Shown: one piece after another, positions 50,877-62,000 of the stretch
How positions within the stretch are numbered: position 1 is the first letter of the stretch
Layout of the letters: each line of letters begins with the position of its first letter
Assembly (NCBI GenBank): GCA_000146045.2
Contig: BK006949.2
Location: forward strand, 704,001 to 768,000
Direction of reading: 5' to 3'
Length of the DNA: 64,000 nt
Source of the DNA: TPA_inf: Saccharomyces
Lineage: Eukaryota
Program-made: the position numbers and the translations under genes
Notes under the pieces: model-generated
Seen by the model: the letters and a program-made list of their open reading frames with translations, nothing else
Told to the model about the DNA's origin: nothing
Database searches by the model: none

Positions 50877-53800
50877 ATGTCTGACTATTTCACGTTTCCT
50901 AAGCAGGAGAATGGCGGTATCTCGAAGCAGCCTGCGACACCAGGTTCAACTCGGAGCTCTTCTAGAAATTTGGAGTTACCGAAGAACTATCGTTCATTTG
51001 GTGGTAGTAGCGATGAACTGGCATCTATGTATTCCGCCGACTCCCAGTACTTGATGGATATGATTCCTGATTCATTGACGCTGAAAAATGAGCCAGCATC
51101 TGGAAATACGCAAATGAACGGGCCAGATGGCAAAGAGAATAAGGACATAAAACTTGACGAGTATATATTACCCAAGACAGACCCAAGGTCACCCTACTAT
51201 ATTAACATGCCTATACCTAAAAAATTGCCGAAGAGTGAAGGTAAGGCGAGGGCTAAACAAAAGGTTAACAGGGCTGATCCTTCTGATTTAGATGTGGAGA
51301 ACATTTACGAAACTTCCGGGGAGTTTGTTAGAGAGTATCCGACAGATATTTTGATTGATAGGTTTCACAAATGGAAGAAAATCTTGAAAAGTTTGATCGC
51401 TTACTTCAGAGAAGCTGCCTACTCTCAGGAACAAATTGCAAGGATCAACTACCAGATGAAAAATGCCGTAAAATTTGCTTTTCTTACTGATTTGGAAGAT
51501 GAAACAAACAAACTGGTTGATCCAAGTATATCTAAGTTGCCTACTAAGAAACCTCAGCCTGTCCCATTGGCCGCTCAAAAATTGGACAGCAAGTACGACA
51601 CAGATGTGGAACAGCCGCAGTCAATCCAATCAGTACCTTCGGAAGAGGTAGCTTCAGCTTCTTCTGGCTTCATGAAATTTGGGTCAGGATCCATTCAAGA
51701 TATTCAAGTGATTTTGAAGAAGTACCATTTATCTTTGGGTAGTCAACAATATAAGATCTCTAAGGAAATCTTGGCATATATTATACCCAAATTGACCGAC
51801 TTGCGTAAGGATTTGACCACAAAGATGAAAGAAATTAAAGAATTAAATGGAGATTTCAAGACTAACATAGGCGAGCATATCAAAATAACAAGCAGGCTTC
51901 TGAATAAATATATTGCTTCAGTGAAGTTATTAGATGAAGCATCCACTTCGGGCGATAAGCAAGGTGAAAAATTAAAACCAAAACACGATCCATACCTTTT
52001 GAAATTACAACTAGATTTGCAGCTGAAAAGACAATTACTCGAAGAAAACTATCTTCGAGAAGCTTTTCTGAATTTACAATCAGCAGCACTACAACTGGAG
52101 AAAATAGTATATTCTAAAATTCAATCCGCATTACAGCGCTACTCAGCGTTAATTGATTCAGAAGCACGATTAATGATCAAAAATTTGTGCCATGAATTGC
52201 AGCAAGGTATTCTATCTAGACCACCGGCTGTAGAGTGGGATAATTTTGTCTCTCATCATCCTACCTGTCTGATGAATTTAAAATCGACAGACCCGCCACC
52301 GCAACCCAGAAGATTATCTGATATTGTTTATCCTAACATGAAATCGCCGCTGGCCAAATGCATTAGAGTAGGATATCTACTGAAGAAAACAGAGTCTTCT
52401 AAAAGTTTTACTAAAGGTTATTTTGTGTTGACTACAAATTATCTTCACGAATTCAAAAGCAGCGATTTCTTTCTAGACAGCAAGTCTCCCCGTTCAAAAA
52501 ATAAACCTGTTGTTGAACAATCAGACATTAGCCGTGTGAATAAGGATGGGACTAACGCTGGCAGTCACCCATCGAGCAAAGGGACACAGGATCCGAAACT
52601 GACGAAGAGAAGAAAGGGTTTGAGTTCTTCGAATCTATATCCTATCTCTAGTTTGTCTTTAAATGATTGCTCATTAAAGGATAGTACTGACTCAACTTTT
52701 GTTTTACAAGGGTATGCTAGTTATCATTCACCAGAGGACACATGTACAAAAGAATCAAGCACGACCTCAGATTTGGCATGTCCAACAAAGACGCTTGCTT
52801 CAAATAAGGGCAAACATCAACGTACGCCTTCAGCTCTCTCGATGGTGTCCGTTCCGAAATTTCTAAAGAGTTCTTCCGTGCCCAAGGAACAAAAAAAGGC
52901 TAAAGAAGAAGCTAACATCAATAAGAAGTCAATTTGCGAGAAGCGCGTTGAATGGACGTTTAAAATATTTTCCGCAAGTCTTGAACCAACTCCAGAGGAA
53001 TCAAAAAATTTCAAGAAATGGGTTCAGGACATAAAAGCGCTTACAAGTTTCAATTCTACTCAGGAGAGGTCGAACTTCATTGAAGAAAAGATTCTGAAAA
53101 GTAGAAACCATAATAATGGAAAGAGCTCTCAAAGGTCCAAAAACAGTACATATATCACTCCAGTAGACAGTTTTGTTAACCTTTCTGAAAAAGTAACGCC
53201 ATCTTCCTCTGTTACCACGTTAAACACTAGGAAGAGGGCAAATCGTCCTCGTTATATAGACATCCCAAAAAGCGCAAATATGAATGCAGGCGCTATGAAT
53301 TCCGTATACAGGTCAAAAGTCAATACACCAGCCATTGATGAAAATGGTAATCTGGCCATAGTGGGAGAAACGAAAAACAGTGCTCCACAAAATGGTATGA
53401 GTTACACAATTAGAACCCCTTGCAAATCGCCTTATTCACCTTATACTGGGGAAGGTATGCTTTACAACCGGTCAGCAGATAACTTAATGGCATCCTCTTC
53501 GCGAAAAGCATCGGCTCCCGGAGAGGTACCTCAAATAGCTGTTAGTAATCATGGGGATGAAGCCATTATTCCGGCAAGCGCGTATTCAGATAGTAGTCAT
53601 AAATCGTCTCGTGCCTCCAGTGTTGCATCCATTCACAACCAACGGGTTGATTTTTATCCTTCGCCATTAATGAACTTACCAGGTGTTTCACCCAGTTGTC
53701 TAGCATTGGATGGTAATGCAAACGGATATTTTGGAATACCATTGAATTGCAATTCGGAAGCAAGACGAGGGTCAGATCTTTCACCTTTTGAGATGGAGTC

Positions 53801-54128
53801 TCCATTGTTCGAGGAAAACAGAACTCAAAACTGCAGTGGCTCTCGCAAAAGTTCAGCTTGTCATATTCCCCATCAATGTGGTCCAAGGAAAGAAGGTAAT
53901 GACTCACGATTGATCTACGGCAATGAGAAGGGCGCCTCACAATCACGTCTAACGTTGAAGGAACCGCTTACATCTAAAGGTGTTGAAGCTCCTTATAGCA
54001 GTTTGAAAAAGACATATAGTGCGGAAAACGTCCCACTAACATCTACTGTATCGAATGATAAGTCTCTTCACTCGCGCAAGGAGGGAAGTACTAATACTGT
54101 ACCTGCTACATCCGCGTCAAGTAAGTGA
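50877..54128 (+). CDS. RGC1: RGC1 (YPR115W), PH-domain regulator of the Fps1 glycerol channel, 1083 aa
   Basis: ATG at 50877 opens a 1083-aa ORF that is Ser/Thr-rich and has a PH-like segment (GYLLKKTESSKSFTKGYFVLT). Confidence 0.85.
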   Translation: MSDYFTFPKQENGGISKQPATPGSTRSSSRNLELPKNYRSFGGSSDELASMYSADSQYLMDMIPDSLTLKNEPASGNTQMNGPDGKENKDIKLDEYILPKTDPRSPYYINMPIPKKLPKSEGKARAKQKVNRADPSDLDVENIYETSGEFVREYPTDILIDRFHKWKKILKSLIAYFREAAYSQEQIARINYQMKNAVKFAFLTDLEDETNKLVDPSISKLPTKKPQPVPLAAQKLDSKYDTDVEQPQSIQSVPSEEVASASSGFMKFGSGSIQDIQVILKKYHLSLGSQQYKISKEILAYIIPKLTDLRKDLTTKMKEIKELNGDFKTNIGEHIKITSRLLNKYIASVKLLDEASTSGDKQGEKLKPKHDPYLLKLQLDLQLKRQLLEENYLREAFLNLQSAALQLEKIVYSKIQSALQRYSALIDSEARLMIKNLCHELQQGILSRPPAVEWDNFVSHHPTCLMNLKSTDPPPQPRRLSDIVYPNMKSPLAKCIRVGYLLKKTESSKSFTKGYFVLTTNYLHEFKSSDFFLDSKSPRSKNKPVVEQSDISRVNKDGTNAGSHPSSKGTQDPKLTKRRKGLSSSNLYPISSLSLNDCSLKDSTDSTFVLQGYASYHSPEDTCTKESSTTSDLACPTKTLASNKGKHQRTPSALSMVSVPKFLKSSSVPKEQKKAKEEANINKKSICEKRVEWTFKIFSASLEPTPEESKNFKKWVQDIKALTSFNSTQERSNFIEEKILKSRNHNNGKSSQRSKNSTYITPVDSFVNLSEKVTPSSSVTTLNTRKRANRPRYIDIPKSANMNAGAMNSVYRSKVNTPAIDENGNLAIVGETKNSAPQNGMSYTIRTPCKSPYSPYTGEGMLYNRSADNLMASSSRKASAPGEVPQIAVSNHGDEAIIPASAYSDSSHKSSRASSVASIHNQRVDFYPSPLMNLPGVSPSCLALDGNANGYFGIPLNCNSEARRGSDLSPFEMESPLFEENRTQNCSGSRKSSACHIPHQCGPRKEGNDSRLIYGNEKGASQSRLTLKEPLTSKGVEAPYSSLKKTYSAENVPLTSTVSNDKSLHSRKEGSTNTVPATSASSK

Positions 54129-54647
54129 CACTATGAAAACCTGTCCAATAAGACTGCACAGATGAAGAGCATGTCATTTGGTTCCTTGATAAGTGTAATA
54201 AGCAACAAGAAAGTCCTGGGTCATGTTCCTGCTGAAAATACAAACCCATTAACTACCGGAAACGAAGAAGATTAAGACAAAATGGAAAAGTTAAGTTAAA
54301 CGCAATCAGTTCATATATTCTTAGATAGTTATCATGTTTTTATAAGTAAACAAAGTAGTCTTCTACCAAATAAAAATAGATTCCTGATTGGGTATTTTTC
54401 AGAAGTATCATCTGAACTTGATGTTATTTTAAAATGAAAGCCAGCGTCCATAATTATCTTTTTCTTACTTGTTTTTTACAGTGGCGGTAGGATTGGCAAT
54501 GCCTGTTCATCTCCAGTTTTCCGGTCCGCTTACGACATCGGCCTTTCTATAAGACAGGTTGGCAATGCGCCACGGTACATGATGACGATAGGAGCCTTCG
54601 AATAATATTTTGTTGTGAATTCTCCTGGGAACCTCTCAAAATCAAAT

Positions 54648-55481
54648 ATGGGTTTACCTAAATCGGCATATAAGAAGTTACTCATAGATTGTCCAACGAG
54701 AGTCATTAATAAAAACTGTGCCCAACGAGTCAAAGATGTTTCTCCGCTCATTACAAACTTCGAGAAATGGTCGGATAAGCGCAAGAAGCTCTATTTCAAA
54801 GATGAAGAGGAAATGGTGGGGCAGTTCCATTTGGAAAATTTCAATTTAAAAAATAACTTATATGGTAGGCTTTTAGCTTCTCCAATGAGAGCAGAAAAAA
54901 TCTCAAAATTAAAATCGTGTAGAGAATTACTAATTCCATTGAAAGTGGTACCATCAACTGGCAAAGATCAGCATGCTGATAAAGATAAACTAAAACTGGT
55001 ACCTACACTAGATTATTCCAAATCATACAAAAGCTCGTACGTATTGAATTCAGCCTCCATTGTACAAGACAACTTGGCGGCTGCGACGTCATGGTTCCCA
55101 ATCTCGGTATTGCAAACATCAACTCCAAAGAGCCTAGAAGTTGATTCCTCTACATTTATAACGGAATACAATGCTAACTTGCACGCATTTATAAAAGCAA
55201 GACTTTCAGTGATACCGAATGTTGGACCTTCTTCGATAAATCGTGTTTTACTCATTTGTGACAAGAGAAAAACACCCCCGATTGAAATACAAGTAGTTAG
55301 TCATGGTAAAGGGCTACCAATTACACAGTCTGTCTTTAACCTTGGTTATCTCCACGAGCCAACTCTAGAAGCTATCGTGAGTAAAGATGCAGTTACTAAT
55401 GGAATTTACCTGGATGCCGACAATGACAAGGATCTCATCAAACACCTTTATAGTACATTATTGTTTCATTCAGTTAACTGA
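54648..55481 (+). CDS. RRG8: RRG8 (YPR116W), mitochondrial protein required for respiratory growth, 277 aa
   Basis: The track's start at 54615 is GTG. The first ATG, at 54648 ([12 protein letters not shown]...), gives 277 aa, which matches Rrg8. Confidence 0.75.
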   Translation: MGLPKSAYKKLLIDCPTRVINKNCAQRVKDVSPLITNFEKWSDKRKKLYFKDEEEMVGQFHLENFNLKNNLYGRLLASPMRAEKISKLKSCRELLIPLKVVPSTGKDQHADKDKLKLVPTLDYSKSYKSSYVLNSASIVQDNLAAATSWFPISVLQTSTPKSLEVDSSTFITEYNANLHAFIKARLSVIPNVGPSSINRVLLICDKRKTPPIEIQVVSHGKGLPITQSVFNLGYLHEPTLEAIVSKDAVTNGIYLDADNDKDLIKHLYSTLLFHSVN

Positions 55482-56024
55482 TTGCGGAAGAAAAAAGGAA
55501 GGAAAGCGGGATATATCGCTGGAATTGTCTCTCTGAATTTGCCATTATTCTTATTCAATGAATACAAAACTGGCTGTCAGCGAATGGCATCATTTTGCAA
55601 TCCGAAAATGAAAAATTTGGGCGCCTCGGGCAGGAGAATTCAGAACCCTTAATCCCGCACATCTACGTAAAATATCTCTGAGGTGTTCTATAGTCCATCA
55701 CTTACCATCCATCTGCAAGGCTGTATGATTGATAAAGAGGAACATTAAGGGTAAATAGATTTGTTGATTTGTTTGCACTAGTGGCTTTGTATTAAAAACT
55801 TCAAGGGCATACACATGCATTATATTCAAGAGCACAACCAATAATTTACCATTATAGAAGGTACTTCTTTGAAAACTAAATCATACACTTTTTCCCACGA
55901 AAAGGCTTACATTTAAAAGCTAAGCATTCAATTTAGTTTTGCTGATCAATTTCTCGAGTAGGCTTGTCATCCATAATATCTAGTAGCTGGAGTATCCTGT
56001 TTATTGCAAGAAAAAAAATCTACA

Positions 56025-59000
56025 ATGTCTATGTTACCGTGGTCTCAAATAAGGGATGTGTCTAAACTATTATTAGGCTTTATGCTTTTTATTATATCAA
56101 TTCAGAAAATCGCTAGTATTCTCATGTCATGGATATTGATGCTGCGCCATTCCACAATACGAAAAATTTCATTTGGATACTTTTTTGGTACGTCAATAAG
56201 ACGAGCGTTTATCTTAACTGATTTTGCTCAAATATATATTGGCAAGATAACCTTGCGAATAGGTTGGAAACCCGGAATTGTGTTTCATAATGTTGATTTG
56301 AAGTTATTTGGGAAGGACAGCCATATCACTGCACATTCAACTAAAGACTCCAGAACATATTTCAATCCGCGGGATCAAACTTTTACCTTTGTAATTAACA
56401 GGCGAGTCCTATCAATTTTGAAACTTGTGTTCTCATTTTCCACTTTCTTTCATACTTTAGCTCTTACAGTGCCTAATGGAAAACAATATAAATTAAATAT
56501 CGGATCCATAACGATATCACACCCACACGATGATACCATAAAGTTAGAGGCATTTTTGCATGATTTTACCCATCCTGAAACGAAAGATACTTTGAACCAT
56601 ACTGGTTTTTTTATGGTCTGTAAAATTGGAAAGGAAGATGATACAGGCAGCAACTGCACAAAAGTTATACTAAAAAATTGGAAATCAAGTCTCAAAATAA
56701 GTGATGTTTGTTGGCATCTTCCAGAGAAGAAAGGGAAGAATTTGCATTCGGAGCCTGTTGAGCCTTTTTCTGCTGGTGATGATGCGGAAATGCTCACTTC
56801 ATATCGTAAGATGCTAAAGCCTTTTCACTACCCACTGAAAACTTTGAACATTCTGGACCTTAAGGTAGAAAATGTAAAGTTGATTTACAAAAAAAAGTTT
56901 ACAATTCGCATATCAAGTGCTCAACTTTACTTGGAATCAATCTCCATTCTAAATAATGTCTCCGCTTTGGAACTTTTACCCTTAAATAAGCCCACATGGG
57001 GCGATTTTGAACTATCACTTTCTGCAAATGCTGTTGTAGTAGATATCGATGGTAATACAGCAGTTAGAATTCCATTTGGAAATGTCATACTGACGTCAGA
57101 TATTTTACTATTTTTACTTGACAATGTACCTTTACGGAGAACGAAGGTATCTTCCATTTTGAACATTATAAATCCTTCAGTATTCCTCACTATACATCAA
57201 GTACTGGAAGTTCTTCATTTAGTGGACAAATTCGATAGCCCTGAGACCTCATCATGTACTAACACAAACGACAGATCATTAAATATTTTAGATTTAGATA
57301 TTGATCGATTGCCCAGTTTTAACTTTGAACTACTAATGTCGAATTTTATTTCAAGGCTGCATATATCAGATGAGGAGAATGTGACGTTTAAGGTCTTCAG
57401 CACACATGCTCTCTTTAGCCGTAACAACTTGTCTATGACTCCTAAAAAGGGACAAGTAATGCAAATACGTCCGGATTGGCCATTTGCGAAGACAGCCCTA
57501 GTATCTGATCAATTATCTAACTATATTAAAATTGTGGGTACATCACTCTCTTACCTGAGAATTCCAACAGAGCAGGACGCTAACCCAGTGTCTATACCAG
57601 TCTGTGGCTTTGAAAGATTAGACACATTTCTGGATGAATTTTCAAATTCTAAATTGATCGTTCAGTCTACACTAAGACATTCGTACGTTAGTCTTGAGAA
57701 CATTGAAGTTTTGCATACTTTAAGTCGCGCCTTTGACAAAATTTACTTGCTAATATCTAGCAGAACAAAAAGGAATGCGGCTCATAAAGCGAATGGTGGA
57801 AAATTGGGGGACCTAAATGAAGCCAAGAAAACATTTAACTGGTCATTGAAACTTAGAATGAAGGATATTTCATGTTCGTTACTGGTCGCTGGGTTTCTTC
57901 CGAAAAATTTGGATCCTGTGGAAGCTGAGAATTTTAACTTATCTGACGTAACTAGAGGCGCCAAAGTTGTTTTTACAGAATCAATATTGTTAGCGGACAG
58001 CCAGGAGAAAAACTTCACTATTATTGATGCATCCGTATATCGTTTCATGGATGGCACTACGTATAAGCCCTCTCCTGAGGTTATTATTCAATTTACCAAT
58101 TTGTTATTGAGTTTTAACGACTCAGATGAAATTCATTTTTCACTTCCCAAGATTAAATTTAAGATGGATGTAAATATTATCTGGTTGTGGTTTTATATTC
58201 GGAGTATATGGATAAAATTTCGTCCTAATTCAAAATTGAGCCGAAATTCAGTGAGCAGTGTAAAATCTGTCAATGTTCTCGATAGATTAAGAGTAGATAT
58301 AGGAAAGATGATTATAGAGCTAACGCTTCCTCATAATACAGAGGTACTCCTAATATTCGAGAGGATTGGACTTTCAAGTTCCACTAAAAATCTTACAATT
58401 GCATCTTTGTCAGCGTACGTGGTATCGGTTTATGTGAAGCATATTAAGGTTTATGTTTCCTTGCTAAATATTAATGACTTTGAGCTAGACACTGAAGAGT
58501 TGATCTGCAAGAAATCCGCTGTTATAAACACCTCATTGATTCATTTTCATGCCGAATATCATTTTAGATTTTACATGATAACGGATAACATAGTCACGTT
58601 GTATAAATCGTTTAAGCAAATTAAATTGGCATTTTCCAATTTGAATGAATTTAAGCGATTATACCCTCAGCAACAGTTTCCGAAAAAAGTTCCAAATTTA
58701 CATATTTGTTGCCAGGATTTTCTAATTGATATTGAAGAAGATCCTTTTGAGCAGGAGTTAGGATTAATTTTGAAAGTTGGTGTTTTGGAACAACGTGAGA
58801 GGTTAAAGAAGCTTGAAGAGTTCAAGGAAAAGCTATCAACATATGAGGACATGAATGTACGTTTAAGGTCGCTCTATGATACCTCCCGTGGACAAAGTTT
58901 TTTCCCAGAGTTTTATGCGAATGATCAAGAATATGAGCAAAAGGCCTATCTCAGGTTGTTAGAAAACTTTTCAACGTCATGGATTGCCAGATACAGGAAA

Positions 59001-62000
59001 GCAAAACTTTCTTTTTATGGTATGCCTTATCGGGTTATCAGCCGTGAAGAGCTTGGTACGAAATACCACTTGTTTACTAGACAGAAAACCAGTACTGTTG
59101 CTAACCTCGTCGTAAAAGATTTGGATTTTAAACTAGGCAGTCCTTCCTTCCCTTTAGACAATTATATGGATTTTGTTTACCAGTATGGAAAAAAAGTTCC
59201 AAAATCTACGGAGTACACTTTGCTAATTATTCTTGGCCTCAAAATCAAAAGCGCGTTATGGGAGTTGCGTCTGAGAGATTATCCAATACCTGCTATATCA
59301 TTTCCCGACACATTTACAACAGGTGATGTTGTATTTGCTGAAAAGATGCCAGCACCTTGCGCGCTTCATACTGTTTATGTTCCTTTTGTCAGCTCTGCCC
59401 AAAGAAGCCCCTATAATGACGCCAATACAATATATGGTTTGCACATCATTCGTACAATTAATTCAGTCAAAACATATTTCAATATTAGGTCAATGGTTAC
59501 ATCTTCTTCATCTGCCAGAATAACATGGGGGAAATCTCTGCAACCCGGTTATGAGTCTTTGATGCTTTGGTTTGATTTTTTAACCAAACCTCTCATCGAT
59601 CCGTCCAAAAAGCTAGGATTTTGGGACAAATTCAGATATTTAGTGCATGGGAAGTGGATATACGAGTTTTCAGAGGAAAGTGAGATCCACTTAAATATTA
59701 AAGGTTCACATGATCCTTATAAGATTACAGATGATGGTGCGGGTCTGGCGTTCTGCTGGTCTGGTGGCACCACAATTTACGTTCATAACTCCACGGATCC
59801 TAAAGAGTTTTTAAAAATTGAATCCCAAAGGTTTCAGTTGGCAGTGCCAGACTTTGCCAAAGTTAGTAAATTTGATAAAGTCTTTATGAAGCTCGATGGA
59901 AGAGTAATTTGGACATTAGGTTTACTTTTTGAACAAGGCGATATATCTAAGGCTGGTGACGAAGAGAGGTTCCTTCCAAATAGGCCACATTATGAAATAC
60001 AGCTGATGAATCCAGATGGAGTCGCAGATTTGGATCACCATGATACATACAAAGGATTTAGAACATCTTTTATCCACATGTCATTTGGTGTCTATTCTTC
60101 TGAGCACGGATCCATAAATAGTCTCTATCTCGCACCTTACGCTTTAACACATTTCTTTAAGTGGTGGAATTTATTTCATACATATACATCTGGTCCTATT
60201 AGGCAAGGACGGTTATTTACGGATGTACTTCAAAACAAGACAAAGTTTGGTCGCTCATTATTTACAATAGCTTATCAGCTACATTTAAAACGGCTAATGG
60301 TTACGCATATTTATCGGCATATTACTACTCAATATGATCTTGAAAAAGACCGCAAAATAACTTTTACTGGATTGAAAGGGAGGTTTGATTCACTGAAAAT
60401 TGATTTGCATCAAAAAAGAGTTAAACTGACCCATACGAACCAAAAATTAAATAAGTCAAAACCTGTATGGAAGTTTAAGATGTCTAGGGGTGAGATTGAT
60501 TGTGCAGAAGCAGATATTAGGATATTATCAACTCTGTTTGATCAGGAAGCAGTTAAGGAAATTCTTACTTCTGGACTCGATGGCATACTTGAAGACGAGC
60601 CATCACGTCCTATTACGCCTCAAGATGTGGAATACTTGCGTGAATCAGATTGGTATGATTATGAGGATTATATAGACTTGAATCAAGTGCCGCTTGGTTC
60701 CTCACTTCCATTAAAATTAGAAGCAATACCATTGCTATACTCTCCTAGAATATCCTACTTTAGAAAAATAAATGATGATGGTTACGTACTAGCTTACCCA
60801 TTTGGTACCGAAGAATCTCACAATTGTCTGATTGGCAAGAATCATCCAGAATTGACGCAGGAGAAATTAGCAACTGAAAGAAAACGAGAAATAGAAGAAC
60901 AACTAAAATTATTACATATTACGTTAAGCGAATTGCAATCGAACAAAGGCGGAGGTTCGGTAAGTGGAAATTCGGAGCGCTATGCACGCGAATTAAAAGC
61001 AGAGGTAGCTGAATTAAACCACAGATTGCACACAGTCAACACCATCTTGAGCGATTTAAAAATCTCGGAGACTATTCCTGGAGGAAATACTGATGGTGAT
61101 AGCTCCAGCTCACTCTCCGATACTGATGTAAATTTGGAAAATGCACCGCCAATTCAAAATAGAATATCGCTATTGAGGACCAATACCGTGGAGTCTTTTG
61201 TATCAATGAGAAAAGCCTCTACTATGCAGGTTGAGTCCACCTATGATAACCGTTTCATGGTCCATAATATCGAGTTAAAAATCGATAATAAAATCAGGCA
61301 TCACCTTTTGGAATACGCTTCCAGTGCTTTCGAAAGGAAATCTATGAGGTTTGCTGTGACTTATAAATCCGTAACTATTTTAAAAGAATTACTGGGAAAT
61401 GTGTTGACTGGGGTCAGAACATCTGTAGAAGATTATGGTTCAATACTTGAGGACGATTTAGCCAGTAATTCAGAATTTATTGAGCACTTTGAGAAACTCA
61501 TCAGAGAAGTTCCGAGTGATGACTTTGATTATGTTGATAATTATCTTTTTAGACTAATCTCCCCTCAGGTTCAGATCAAATCGGACGTTGAAAGGAACGC
61601 AGCAGTTATTTTAGCTGCTAGGGATATAGAAATGGGAATAATTGATATAGTTCAAGTGTATGGAAAATCAGGAAAAAGAATTCCCGTTGACGTCGATACT
61701 ATTGTTGAAACTCGCTATTCCGCTGTTTCAAAGGACATTCAGTTGTTTACATTGTTCAAAAAGGATTTAGAGGGTCCTGAAGGTAGATTTTTCCATAAAA
61801 ATGGATATGGTTCCGACAAAGAGTCAGATATATGGCCCCCATGGATTCCTCTTGAAATGTGCTTTGACGGGTCTTTATTAGATAAGCATGTTTTTCTAAA
61901 ACGGAGATCAATGTTTTTGACCTACGTCGCTCCCAATCCCCTATTTTTTAGTGCAAATGATACGTCTGCATTCTCTTATGATTCGAGATTTCGTATTGCA